Shown in pieces: positions 42,624 to 52,137 of a stretch of 64,000 bases of DNA. The stretch is from contig OZ255836.1 in assembly GCA_965277715.1 (NCBI GenBank), forward strand, positions 3,616,001 to 3,680,000. Reading direction: 5' to 3'. Origin of the DNA: Gammaproteobacteria bacterium (GTDB lineage Bacteria; Pseudomonadota; Gammaproteobacteria; JBCCGL01). Under the pieces are notes generated by a model that did no database searches, was not told where the DNA came from, and saw only the letters and a program-made list of their open reading frames with translations. The stretch's first letter is position 1, and the number at the start of each line of letters is the position of its first letter. The position numbers and the translations under genes are program-made.

Positions 42624-43772
42624 ATGGGCTCAATCTTTTTTAGGGCGATAGCATGTTTACTTGGGGTGTTGATCGCAATCCCGGCTGTAGTGCAGTCGGA
42701 TGAGTACCCTGTACCCCTGAATTTGCCCGTTGGGGTCACTGAAATCAGCCAATCAGTTTATACCTTACATATGCTGATTTTCTGGATTTGTTGCGTTATA
42801 GCATTGCTTGTATTTGGTGTATTGTTCTACTCGGTGTATGCACACCGTAAATCCAAAGGTGCGGTTGCGGCAACTTTTCATGAAAGTACTACCGTCGAAA
42901 TTTTCTGGACGATTATCCCATTTATCATTCTGGTCGCGATGGCTGTGCCTGCCGCCAAGGTGTTGATTGCCATGGAACAAACCGGGGATGCCGATATGAC
43001 CATCAAAGTCACCGGTTACCAATGGAAATGGCACTATGACTATATAGGTGAGGATGTCGGTTTTTTCAGTTCAATCAACCCAGAGCACAACGCTGCCCGC
43101 CAGAAAAACTCAGGTATTGACGTTACCCAGTTTGAGCACTACCTGAAAGATGTCGACAACCCACTGGTCGTTCCCGTCGGTAAAAAGATTCGCTTTTTGC
43201 AAACCTCCAATGATGTTATCCACTCCTGGTGGGTGCCCGATCTGGCTGTGAAAAAAGACGCGATCCCCGGCTTTATCAATGAAAACTGGGCGCTGATCGA
43301 AAAGCCCGGTGTCTACCGGGGTAAGTGTGCTGAGCTGTGCGGTCGGGATCATGGGTTTATGCCTATTGTGGTCAAGGCTGTCAATGAAGAGGAGTACAAC
43401 ACCTGGTTGGCCGCGCAGAAAGCCGGGGTGACGGAAGATGCCCAGGCGGCTGGAAAAACCTGGTCAAAGGATGAACTGATTGCACGCGGTGAAGGTGTTT
43501 ATAATTCAACCTGTGTCGCCTGTCATCAGGCGGGTGGTCAGGGTATCCCTGGTGTCTTTCCCGCCATTACGGGTAGCCCGGTGGCAATAGGTGATGCCAC
43601 TGCGCATACACAACTGATACTTAATGGCGTTTCAGGTACTGCAATGGCGGCATTTGGCCAACAGTTGAATGATATTGATATCGCCTCGGTGATTACCTAT
43701 CAACGCAATGCGTTGGGTAACAGTGTTGGCGATTTAGTACAGCCCGCCGAAGTGGCCGCGATGCGCAAATGA
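42624..43772 (+). CDS. coxB: Cytochrome c oxidase subunit II with C-terminal cytochrome c domain
   Basis: DVIHSW and CAELCGRDHGFM CuA motifs; CVACH heme c motif. Confidence 0.97.
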   Translation: MGSIFFRAIACLLGVLIAIPAVVQSDEYPVPLNLPVGVTEISQSVYTLHMLIFWICCVIALLVFGVLFYSVYAHRKSKGAVAATFHESTTVEIFWTIIPFIILVAMAVPAAKVLIAMEQTGDADMTIKVTGYQWKWHYDYIGEDVGFFSSINPEHNAARQKNSGIDVTQFEHYLKDVDNPLVVPVGKKIRFLQTSNDVIHSWWVPDLAVKKDAIPGFINENWALIEKPGVYRGKCAELCGRDHGFMPIVVKAVNEEEYNTWLAAQKAGVTEDAQAAGKTWSKDELIARGEGVYNSTCVACHQAGGQGIPGVFPAITGSPVAIGDATAHTQLILNGVSGTAMAAFGQQLNDIDIASVITYQRNALGNSVGDLVQPAEVAAMRK

Positions 43773-43830
43773 TGACAATGCGCAAAACCACCCTAACCCT
43801 TTTTTCAAGATTTGACTTCAGGAGCACACC

Positions 43831-45417
43831 ATGACTGCAACAGCTGCGGATCTGGCGCACCACGACGACCACCACGAAGAGCATGCGTATGGGTGGAAGC
43901 GTTGGTTATTTACCACTAATCATAAAGACATAGGCACACTCTACCTGTGGTTTAGCTTGTTGATGTTTTTCGTCGGCGGGGCGATGGCCCTGATTATCCG
44001 CGCCGAACTGTTTGAACCGGGTATGCAAATCGCCGATCCAGATTTTTTCAACCAGATGACCACTATGCATGCGCTGGTGATGATCTTTGGTGTGGTGATG
44101 CCTGCCACAGTAGGGCTTGCCAACTGGCTGATTCCAATGATGATCGGTGGGCCGGATATGGCGTTGCCACGCATGAACAATTGGTCGTTCTGGATTCTCC
44201 CCTTTGCTTTTACGCTGCTGCTCAGCACGCTGTTTATGGACAGCGGCGGCCCGGCGGGTGGCTGGACACTGTATCCACCCCTGGTGCTTCAGGGAGGGGA
44301 TGGCTTTGCCTTCGCGATTTTCTCCATTCACTTTATGGGGCTCTCCTCGGTGATGGGGTCGATCAATATCATCGCCACTATCTTTAATATGCGCGCCCCC
44401 GGCATGACATTGATGAAAATGCCGTTATTTGTATGGACCTGGATGATCACCGCCTTCCTGCTAATTGCGACTATCCCGGTATTTGCCGGTGCGGTCACCA
44501 TGTTGCTGACGGATCGTTTCTTCGATACCAGCTTTTTTAGCGCCGCTGGTGGTGGTGACCCGGTGATGTACCAACATATCTTCTGGTTTTTTGGACACCC
44601 TGAAGTCTATATTTTGATCCTGCCTGCCTTTGGTATTGTCTCGCAAATTATCCCCACCTTTGCGCGTAAACGACTGTTTGGTTACGACTCAATGGTCTAT
44701 GCGACGGCATCGATTGCCTTCCTATCATTTATCGTCTGGGCGCACCATATGTTTACTGTGGGTATGCCACTGGCGGGCGAGCTGTTTTTTATGTTCAGTA
44801 CCATGATGATCGCCGTTCCAACTGGTGTGAAAGTGTTCAACTGGATTGCCACCATGTGGCGCGGTTCCATGACATTTGAAACTCCTATGCTGTTCGCGGT
44901 CGGTTTTGTTGTTATGTTCACCTTTGGTGGGTTTTCAGGGTTGATGATGGCGATTACGCCGGTCGATATTCAATACCACGACACCTACTTTATTGTGGCC
45001 CATTTTCACTACGTACTCGTTCCTGGGGCTATCTTCGCCACCCTGGGTGCCGTGTACTACTGGATTCCAAAATGGACTGGCAATATGTACGATGAAACAC
45101 TGGGTAAGTGGCATTTCTGGTTATCGACAATTTTTGTCAACCTGCTGTTCTTCCCTATGCACTTTGTTGGCTTGGCCGGTATGCCACGACGTATTCCCGA
45201 CTACCATATGCAGTTTGCCGACATGAATGCGGTGGCTTCCATCGGCGCGTTTGGTTTTGGTTTTGCGCAATTGTTATTTGTTTGGGTTGTATTCAAATGC
45301 ATTAAAGGCGGCGAAAAAGCCACCGATCAGGTCTGGGAAGGGGCTGAGGGCCTGGAGTGGACCTTGAGTTCGCCAGCGCCATACCATAGCTTTTCCACAC
45401 CGCCTGAGGTCAAGTGA
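43831..45417 (+). CDS. ctaD: Cytochrome c oxidase subunit I
   Basis: NHKDIG, WFFGHPEVY, VWAHH and HFHY motifs. Confidence 0.98.
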   Translation: MTATAADLAHHDDHHEEHAYGWKRWLFTTNHKDIGTLYLWFSLLMFFVGGAMALIIRAELFEPGMQIADPDFFNQMTTMHALVMIFGVVMPATVGLANWLIPMMIGGPDMALPRMNNWSFWILPFAFTLLLSTLFMDSGGPAGGWTLYPPLVLQGGDGFAFAIFSIHFMGLSSVMGSINIIATIFNMRAPGMTLMKMPLFVWTWMITAFLLIATIPVFAGAVTMLLTDRFFDTSFFSAAGGGDPVMYQHIFWFFGHPEVYILILPAFGIVSQIIPTFARKRLFGYDSMVYATASIAFLSFIVWAHHMFTVGMPLAGELFFMFSTMMIAVPTGVKVFNWIATMWRGSMTFETPMLFAVGFVVMFTFGGFSGLMMAITPVDIQYHDTYFIVAHFHYVLVPGAIFATLGAVYYWIPKWTGNMYDETLGKWHFWLSTIFVNLLFFPMHFVGLAGMPRRIPDYHMQFADMNAVASIGAFGFGFAQLLFVWVVFKCIKGGEKATDQVWEGAEGLEWTLSSPAPYHSFSTPPEVK

Positions 45418-45422
45418 GCTAA

Positions 45423-45527
45423 ATGCAGCATGACCGTAAGCGGCGGCCACTGCGATTGGCGATAACACTGGGTGTGCTCGCCGTATCGTTTTATGTCGGG
45501 ACACTCGCTTACCACGTCCTGACCTGA
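45423..45527 (+). CDS. 34-aa single-TM cytochrome oxidase small assembly protein (not in ORF track)
   Basis: MQHDRKRRPLRLAITLGVLAVSFYVGTLAYHVLT*; basic N-terminus plus TM helix; lies between subunit I and ctaG. Confidence 0.7.
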   Translation: MQHDRKRRPLRLAITLGVLAVSFYVGTLAYHVLT

Positions 45528-45607
45528 GTGAAGTGTGTGAGTGTTTTCAAGGCTTGTGATCTCAGTTTTGCTGGCAACTGCACTGCCAGGGGGATAGCGG
45601 AAAAGTA

Positions 45608-46150
45608 ATGAGTGAAGCACAAAAATCGACTGCGCAGATAGTGCGCAGGCTGGCGTTGGTAGTGGTTGCTATGTTTGGCTTCGGTTACCTGATGGTGCCG
45701 ATTTATGATGTACTGTGTGACATCACTGGCCTCAATGGTAAGACCGGGGTTGTCGATGCCAGTGAAATTGATGCCAATCGGGTCGACCTCAGCCGTGAGA
45801 TCACGGTAGAGTTTATTGCCAGCCTTAATCAAGGCGCGGGCTGGGAGTTTAAGCCGGATGTTGCGCGTATGAAAGTGCACCCCGGCAAAACGTATACGGC
45901 GACATACTATGCACGTAACAAAGTCAGCCGTGAGGTAATAGGTAAGGCGGTGCCCAGCGTAACACCACGCGAGGCATCAAAATACTTTAACAAGACAGAG
46001 TGCTTTTGTTTCAGCGAGCAACTATTTGCAGCAAACGAAGCCAGGCACATGCCGTTGACATTTATCATCGACGCGGACATACCGTCAACGGTGACGACGG
46101 TCACCCTGTCTTACACATTTTTTGATGCCGGAAAAACATCTGGGTCATAA
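45608..46150 (+). CDS. ctaG: Cytochrome c oxidase assembly protein CtaG/Cox11
   Basis: VPIYDVLC, KTECFCF and TLSYTFF motifs. Confidence 0.96.
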   Translation: MSEAQKSTAQIVRRLALVVVAMFGFGYLMVPIYDVLCDITGLNGKTGVVDASEIDANRVDLSREITVEFIASLNQGAGWEFKPDVARMKVHPGKTYTATYYARNKVSREVIGKAVPSVTPREASKYFNKTECFCFSEQLFAANEARHMPLTFIIDADIPSTVTTVTLSYTFFDAGKTSGS

Positions 46151-46222
46151 GTGCTCGTCTGTTTTTGGACGCCCTTGATACATGAATATGAACGAACTTT
46201 TGATTTTAAGAGGATATAAACA

Positions 46223-47092
46223 ATGAGTGCAGCTTCAACGTACTATGTGCCTCACGAAGCCCGTTGGCCAATTATCGGCTCGATAGGCTTGATGGCGTTT
46301 TTTACCGGCTTTGCCATGATGCTCAACGGCAATAGTACGGGGCCTGCGGTACTCGGTGTCGGTGTCGCCATCGTTATCTTTATGATGGTTGGCTGGTTTG
46401 GTCTGGTTGTTGGTGAAAGTGAAGCCGGTGCCTACGACAAGCAGGTCGGTGTCTCGTTCCGTATGGGCATGATGTGGTTTATTGTCTCTGAAGTCATGTT
46501 CTTTGCCGCCTTCTTTGGCGCTTTGTTTTATGCACGGATCCTCTCTGGCCCTTGGTTAGGGGGTATTGGTGAGGGTGGTGCTGGCACCACCAATGAGTTT
46601 CTATGGGCGGGCTGGGAATATGTCTGGCCGAATAATGGCCCGGCGTTAATTGGCGGTGCTTTCAAGTCGATGTCCGCCTGGGGGTTACCGGCGATCAACA
46701 CCCTATTGCTGCTCAGTAGTGGGGTAACCTGTACTTTTGCGCACCACGCCATCAGGGCTAACCATCGTAAACCCTTTATCTGGTGGTTGCTGGCAACGGT
46801 TACGCTGGGCTTTGTGTTTGTTGGCCTGCAGGCGCTGGAGTATAGCCATGCGTATAGTGATTTAAACCTGACACTCGGTTCGGGTATTTACGGTTCGACT
46901 TTCTTTTTACTGACCGGCTTTCACGGTTTTCACGTAACGATGGGGGCAATTATTTTGACCATTGTGATGTTGCGCGGTATGAAGGGGCATTTCTCGGCGG
47001 ATAACCATTTTGCCTTTGAAGCGGCAGCCTGGTATTGGCACTTTGTCGATGTCGTCTGGCTGGGATTATTCGTATTTGTTTATTGGATCTGA
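46223..47092 (+). CDS. coxC: Cytochrome c oxidase subunit III
   Basis: FIVSEVMFF, TGFHGFHV and WYWHFVDVVW motifs. Confidence 0.97.
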   Translation: MSAASTYYVPHEARWPIIGSIGLMAFFTGFAMMLNGNSTGPAVLGVGVAIVIFMMVGWFGLVVGESEAGAYDKQVGVSFRMGMMWFIVSEVMFFAAFFGALFYARILSGPWLGGIGEGGAGTTNEFLWAGWEYVWPNNGPALIGGAFKSMSAWGLPAINTLLLLSSGVTCTFAHHAIRANHRKPFIWWLLATVTLGFVFVGLQALEYSHAYSDLNLTLGSGIYGSTFFLLTGFHGFHVTMGAIILTIVMLRGMKGHFSADNHFAFEAAAWYWHFVDVVWLGLFVFVYWI

Positions 47093-47115
47093 TCAGTAAA
47101 CGGCACAAAGAAATG

Positions 47116-47246
47116 TTGTAGCTATTCAGTTCACGCCTGCTTGATATGTCCAGTTTCGGCGTTAAGCGTGCTCATTTACACATGTAATAAAGTGTGCCCT
47201 CTTGGCTTGAACCCGAACAAATCAGGCGCAATCTGAACAGTTGCAA
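47116..47246. repeat. About 130-bp imperfect palindromic intergenic element (degenerate MITE/ERIC-like)
   Basis: TTGTAGCTATTCAG..CGCCTG at the left pairs imperfectly with CAGGCG..CTGAACAGTTGCAA at the right. Confidence 0.5.
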
Positions 47247-47263
47247 ATACCTTAAATAGTGGC

Positions 47264-47294
47264 AAGGGGGTGCTGTTAATAGCCCCCTTTTTTT
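47264..47294 (+). terminator. Rho-independent terminator of the cox operon
   Basis: AAGGGGGTGCT-GTTAAT-AGCCCCC followed by T7. Confidence 0.65.
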
Positions 47295-47310
47295 GAAGTG
47301 TCTGTTTGTT

Positions 47311-47520
47311 TTACTGGCCAACACCGTGCGGTGAAATTAAACCCGTTGCAGCGGCAATCATCAGCAGAATAAAAGCGAATACCGAAAGACCGACCCGAAT
47401 GGATAACGCATTAACCGTTCGGTTGGTTTGCCCTTTGTCTTTCACCAGAAAGAATAAGCCGGAAAATAAACTGATAACAATTGCCAGCAGTAGGATAATG
47501 ACCAGCAGCTTAACAAGCAT
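47311..47520 (-). CDS. Twin-transmembrane small protein (DUF2909)
   Basis: SLFSGLFFLVKD..TVNALSIRVGLS..GLISPH; canonical position in cox clusters. Confidence 0.88.
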   Translation of the reverse strand: MLVKLLVIILLLAIVISLFSGLFFLVKDKGQTNRTVNALSIRVGLSVFAFILLMIAAATGLISPHGVGQ

Positions 47521-47608
47521 AAAATGGTGCCCCAAATAGTCGATATTTACTCATATCCAGATAAGTATACCGGGAGTTGGTTTATCGATCGATTAAAACA
47601 GGTGTGCA

Positions 47609-48364
47609 GTGTTATTTATCAGCGGGAAATATAGCTTTAAGCCAGGCATCTGGAGCACGCTTGCGGTTGTGCTGTTAGTGCCATTATTTGCCGCACTAAC
47701 GTATTGGCAGTTACAGCGCGCAGCGGAAAAACAATCGATTACTGCCCAGCGTGCCGAAGCTGAATTGCGGGCGCCTATCGCTATTTCAGGGAGGGAGACT
47801 GTGTCTGACCTGCACCTGAAAAAAGTACAGGTGAGCTGTAAGCTGGACGCACAAAGGCAATTATTATTAGATAACCGCATATACCGGCAACGCGCCGGTT
47901 ACGAGGCTTTGACTGTGTGTACGCTGGAAAATAACACCGCTGTGTTGATTAATCGTGGATGGGTTGCGCCAGGCTATTCGCGCCAACAACTGCCGGATAT
48001 TTCTATAGCGCATCAGTACACTAACGCCCATCAGGTTGTACTCAATGGGTATTTTGCGGTGCCCGGTAAAGGATTTAGCCTGGGTGAGGCACTGTCTGAG
48101 ACGCCGGGTATAAGCGGTGTCGAGTGGCCGCGCCGTGTACAGTACTATGATTACCAGGCTATTGGTGAGTTGCTGTCGCTGACATTGATGCCGGGGGTGG
48201 TTTATATCGACCCCGAATCACCGCTAGTATTGATATACAACTGGCGGCCCATCGCCTTTGGCCCAGAAAAACATTATGGCTATGCTTTGCAGTGGTTTGC
48301 ATTAATGATCACATTATTGGTGCTATACAGCGTTTTAAACAGTAAGCGGCGGGAAAATTTGTGA
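47609..48364 (+). CDS. SURF1 family protein
   Basis: WQLQRA, LLDN, VLINRGW and HYGYALQWF motifs. Confidence 0.93.
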   Translation: MLFISGKYSFKPGIWSTLAVVLLVPLFAALTYWQLQRAAEKQSITAQRAEAELRAPIAISGRETVSDLHLKKVQVSCKLDAQRQLLLDNRIYRQRAGYEALTVCTLENNTAVLINRGWVAPGYSRQQLPDISIAHQYTNAHQVVLNGYFAVPGKGFSLGEALSETPGISGVEWPRRVQYYDYQAIGELLSLTLMPGVVYIDPESPLVLIYNWRPIAFGPEKHYGYALQWFALMITLLVLYSVLNSKRRENL

Positions 48365-48999
48365 ACGATAGCGTGAACCCCCAACAACCTGGTCCAAAGC
48401 AAGTGCGCAATGCACGGATTAAACTGGTTGCCTTATTGAGTGTATTTTTGCTGCCGTTTATCGCTGCGATCATTACACACAGTCTCTACCGTGACAGCGG
48501 TGAACTATCTACATCCAGCTACGGCGAATTAATTTTACCTGCCGTGCCACTGACGGCGTTTTCCCTGCGCGATTCGCGTACACAAACCCCCGTGGATCTG
48601 TCGTGGTTAAAGCGGCACTGGACGTTGGTGTATCTGGTCGATGATGATTGCGCTGAAGTGTGCCAGCAAAATATCTACCATATGCGGCAAATTCACGCTG
48701 CACTGGGCAAGGAGGCACACCGTGTGCAACGGCTTGCAGTCGTCCGTGATGTGCCCCCTGTCATAGCGTTTATTGGCACAGAATACCCCAATTTAAGTGT
48801 CAGTACGGGTGATGTAGATAGCCTGGCGGTGTTTTCCCGGCAGCTTGAGACGGCGGTAAGCGGTCTGCCTGTACAACAGAACAGCCTTTATTTGATCGAC
48901 CCACTGGGCAATTTAATGATGCGCTTTCCTGCGGATATTAACCCCAAAGGGATTTTGAAAGACATCAAACGCGCTTTGCGCGCATCGAGAATAGGATAG
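48361..48999 (+). CDS. Cox-cluster membrane-anchored SCO/thioredoxin-like protein
   Basis: TM anchor, CAEVC (CxxxC), LIDPLGNLMMRF..DIKRAL. Confidence 0.8.
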   Translation: MNDSVNPQQPGPKQVRNARIKLVALLSVFLLPFIAAIITHSLYRDSGELSTSSYGELILPAVPLTAFSLRDSRTQTPVDLSWLKRHWTLVYLVDDDCAEVCQQNIYHMRQIHAALGKEAHRVQRLAVVRDVPPVIAFIGTEYPNLSVSTGDVDSLAVFSRQLETAVSGLPVQQNSLYLIDPLGNLMMRFPADINPKGILKDIKRALRASRIG

Positions 49000-50028
49000 A
49001 TGAACAAGCGTTCCAACATTAACCGGCTTGCCGCTGCAGCGACAGTGTTGGCATTTTGCGTGGTGGTGCTGGGTGCGTTTGTGCGGCTTTCCGACGCGGG
49101 CCTGGGTTGCCCTGACTGGCCTGGGTGTTATGGTCAATTATTGGTGCCGCAAAGTGAGCAGGCGGTAAGCGCCGCAAATCAGGCCTACCCTGAGCGACCA
49201 CTGGAGCACAGCAAAGCCTGGAAAGAAATGGTGCACCGCTACCTGGCATCCCTACTGGGCCTGGTGATTGTTGCGATTGCGGTATTGACCTGGCGTACGC
49301 GAAAACACGGCTTTTCTGGGCAGCTTGCCTATTGGCTGGTAGTGTTGGTGATATTTCAGGGATTACTGGGCATGTGGACGGTTACCTTACTGGTTAAGCC
49401 CGCAATTGTGCTGCTGCATTTGCTCGGTGGTTTTAGTACCTTGGCATTGTTATTTTGGCTGTGGTTATCGACCCGTGTGGTTGATGGTGAGGTGCTACCG
49501 AAAAAATTGGGCACGCTGGCAAAAGCAGGTTTGTTGGTTTTGACGCTACAGATAATGCTCGGTGGCTGGACGAGTACCAATTACGCGGCCCTTTCCTGCC
49601 CGGATTTTCCCACCTGCCAAACCCAGTGGTGGCCATCGATGGATTTTGCCGATGCCTTTACCTTGTGGCGGGGCACAGGGGTTGATTACGAGGGCGGCGT
49701 GCTCGCCAATGCCTCGCGTGTCACCATCCACGTAAGCCATCGTATAGGAGCCATATTCACCACCGTGATGCTATTGGTGGTGGGTATCTGTGCGTTAAAA
49801 AACCGGACCGTGTCACCGGCGGCGGGCAGGGTGGGGTATGTATTGTTGGGTTTGTTAACGTTACAGCTTACACTGGGGGTTGGCAATGTACTCTTGCACC
49901 TGCCCTTGTCTGTGGCGACAGCGCACAACGGAGGCGCGGCGCTTTTGGTGCTATCATTGATTTACATCATCTATAAAAGCCGACCCGCAGCGAATTATTC
50001 TCTGAGGGTGCCGGAGAATACTGTATGA
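49000..50028 (+). CDS. ctaA: Heme A synthase (COX15/CtaA)
   Basis: [17 protein letters not shown] and CPDFPTC motifs. Confidence 0.95.
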   Translation: MNKRSNINRLAAAATVLAFCVVVLGAFVRLSDAGLGCPDWPGCYGQLLVPQSEQAVSAANQAYPERPLEHSKAWKEMVHRYLASLLGLVIVAIAVLTWRTRKHGFSGQLAYWLVVLVIFQGLLGMWTVTLLVKPAIVLLHLLGGFSTLALLFWLWLSTRVVDGEVLPKKLGTLAKAGLLVLTLQIMLGGWTSTNYAALSCPDFPTCQTQWWPSMDFADAFTLWRGTGVDYEGGVLANASRVTIHVSHRIGAIFTTVMLLVVGICALKNRTVSPAAGRVGYVLLGLLTLQLTLGVGNVLLHLPLSVATAHNGGAALLVLSLIYIIYKSRPAANYSLRVPENTV

Positions 50029-50927
50029 ATACCGAGGCTCAGCAAGTACCGGGCAATGTGTTCAGTCACTGGCGTGACTACCTTGAACTGTGTAAACCAA
50101 AGGTAGTGTTATTGCTGGTTTTTACCGCTATTGTCGGCATGTTGTTATCGACCCCCGGGTTTGTGCCAGTAGTGGAATTTGTTGTGGGTACCATCGGTAT
50201 TGGCCTGGCCTCGGCCTCGGCGGCGGCGCTTAATCACATCATTGACCAGCGTGCCGATGCGATGATGGCGCGCACTAAAAACCGGCCCCTGCCCAAGGGA
50301 CACCTGAGTACCCGGCAATGTTTAATGTTTGCATTGTCGATTGGTGTGCTGTCGATGGTGTTACTGGTGGTGTGGGTGAATACATTGACGGCCGTACTGA
50401 CGTTTTTTGCGTTGATAGGGTATGCGGTAATTTACACGCTCTACTTAAAGCGGGCGACACCACAGAATATTGTGATTGGCGGTGCCGCTGGGGCAATGCC
50501 ACCTGTACTGGGTTGGGCGGCCATTACCGGTGATGTGAGCGCTGAATCGTTATTGTTATTCTTGATTATCTTTACCTGGACACCGCCACATTTTTGGGCG
50601 CTGGCTATTCACCGCAAAGCTGATTATGCCAAAGTAGGCATTCCGATGTTGCCGGTGACCCACGGTGAAAAATTCACTCGTTTACAGGTGCTGTTGTATA
50701 CCATCTTGATGGTGCTGGTCACTTTGCTGCCGTATCTTATCGGTATGAATGGCTGGTTGTACCTGCTGGGTGCGGTGGCCTTGGGAATAGGGTTCCTTGT
50801 GAGTGCGATTAAAATGCTGGATGAAACACGCAAACAACAACCGATGAAAACGTTTGTTTTTTCGATTAACTACCTAATGGCATTGTTTGCGATATTGATG
50901 TTGGATCATTATTTGATTGCTGTGTAG
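50025..50927 (+). CDS. cyoE: Protoheme IX farnesyltransferase (heme O synthase)
   Basis: [23 protein letters not shown] and WTPPHFWAL motifs. Confidence 0.97.
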   Translation: MNTEAQQVPGNVFSHWRDYLELCKPKVVLLLVFTAIVGMLLSTPGFVPVVEFVVGTIGIGLASASAAALNHIIDQRADAMMARTKNRPLPKGHLSTRQCLMFALSIGVLSMVLLVVWVNTLTAVLTFFALIGYAVIYTLYLKRATPQNIVIGGAAGAMPPVLGWAAITGDVSAESLLLFLIIFTWTPPHFWALAIHRKADYAKVGIPMLPVTHGEKFTRLQVLLYTILMVLVTLLPYLIGMNGWLYLLGAVALGIGFLVSAIKMLDETRKQQPMKTFVFSINYLMALFAILMLDHYLIAV

Positions 50928-50946
50928 TGAGTCATTCTCGCACCTG

Positions 50947-51792
50947 CTAACAACTAACCGGTGACCAAGCCTCATACACCAACAAACTTACTTCGGATAT
51001 TAATTTTTCAGCCATATTATCTGGGTCTTCTTCTTCATCTGGCATATCCCTGGTCATTATGCTGATCACCCATTCGGCGCCGTGCGCGACCACCAGCCCA
51101 CTCTCGGTGGTACAGTCCATTAGGTAGCCGGTTTTGCTGGCCACCCATACCGGCTCGGGCATGTTCCATTCACGCGCCCATGGGCTTGCTGGCAGGTGTT
51201 TTCTCAGTGGCTCAATGTATTTTTGAATGCGCAAAATATCCCAAAATAATTCACTGGCGTTTGAGCTAAGTAGTTCACCTTTTCTCATGCGCAATAGAAA
51301 ATGTGCAAACGCTTGTGGCGTGCTTTCCCCCAGGGTAAATGAATCCCTGTCAGAATCTTTGAAATTGCACCAGTTGCCAATACGGGTATGTTGCAGTGGA
51401 ATATCCGCAATCGCCTCGTTGATACAGCCGAGGCCAAGGTAATCAATCAGCAGGTTGGTGGCGGTATTGTCACTGATCATCATCATCAATGTCGCCAGGT
51501 CTTTAAGTGTCGGCTTTAACCCGCAATCGAGATGATTCATCACGCCAGAGCCAGGGGTAGAAAATCGGGCGGTATATTCAACCCGTTCGTGCAATGAAAT
51601 ACGGTGTTTATCCACCTCACTGAGTAAAGTGTAAAGTACGAATACCTTAATACTGCTGGCGGTTGGGTAGGCTGCGTTGGCGTTGATACTAAGGCGTTTG
51701 TCGGCATCTACTGTCTCTGCATAAACGCCTACCTGGCCAGGCATGGATTCGATAAGCTTGCCGATGGCTGCTTCAAGTTTACTATTGCTCAT
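50947..51792 (-). CDS. Serine hydrolase, class A beta-lactamase-like fold
   Basis: ASSIK (SxxK), SDN and KTG motifs; no signal peptide. Confidence 0.85.
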   Translation of the reverse strand: MSNSKLEAAIGKLIESMPGQVGVYAETVDADKRLSINANAAYPTASSIKVFVLYTLLSEVDKHRISLHERVEYTARFSTPGSGVMNHLDCGLKPTLKDLATLMMMISDNTATNLLIDYLGLGCINEAIADIPLQHTRIGNWCNFKDSDRDSFTLGESTPQAFAHFLLRMRKGELLSSNASELFWDILRIQKYIEPLRKHLPASPWAREWNMPEPVWVASKTGYLMDCTTESGLVVAHGAEWVISIMTRDMPDEEEDPDNMAEKLISEVSLLVYEAWSPVSC

Positions 51793-52068
51793 AGTATCCT
51801 TTTTGGTTTATTTGTGTGGTGGCTCAGAGGCCAGTATATTCGCCGGTTTACCGGGTTAGTCAATCTAACCCTACGGCAATATATGAGTAAATTCTCATGG
51901 TTTGTATGAATAACTATCGTTTGTAGTGGCAGCCACCAACCCCTATTATTCTTCCATCGGCAACCGGCACCACTTAATCGGCGCCACCGGATTCAGACAG
52001 TGAACATTGTTTTGAATACGTTTTTTGCCATTGTAGTGAATCCTCCTTTGGTCTACACAGACCATTTT

Positions 52069-52099
52069 ATGCCGCTCTTTTAGAGCGGCATTTTTTTTT
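52069..52099 (+). terminator. Strong plus-strand intrinsic terminator with no plus-strand gene immediately upstream
   Basis: ATGCCGCTCT-TTT-AGAGCGGCAT followed by T8. Confidence 0.8.
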
Positions 52100-52137
52100 G
52101 CCCAAAAGCGCCACCCCTGGTTGCCTTGGTGTTACGC

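Noticed and set aside
42624-43772. Cytochrome c fusion on CoxB as a novelty
   Set aside because: This fusion is common in gammaproteobacterial cox operons.
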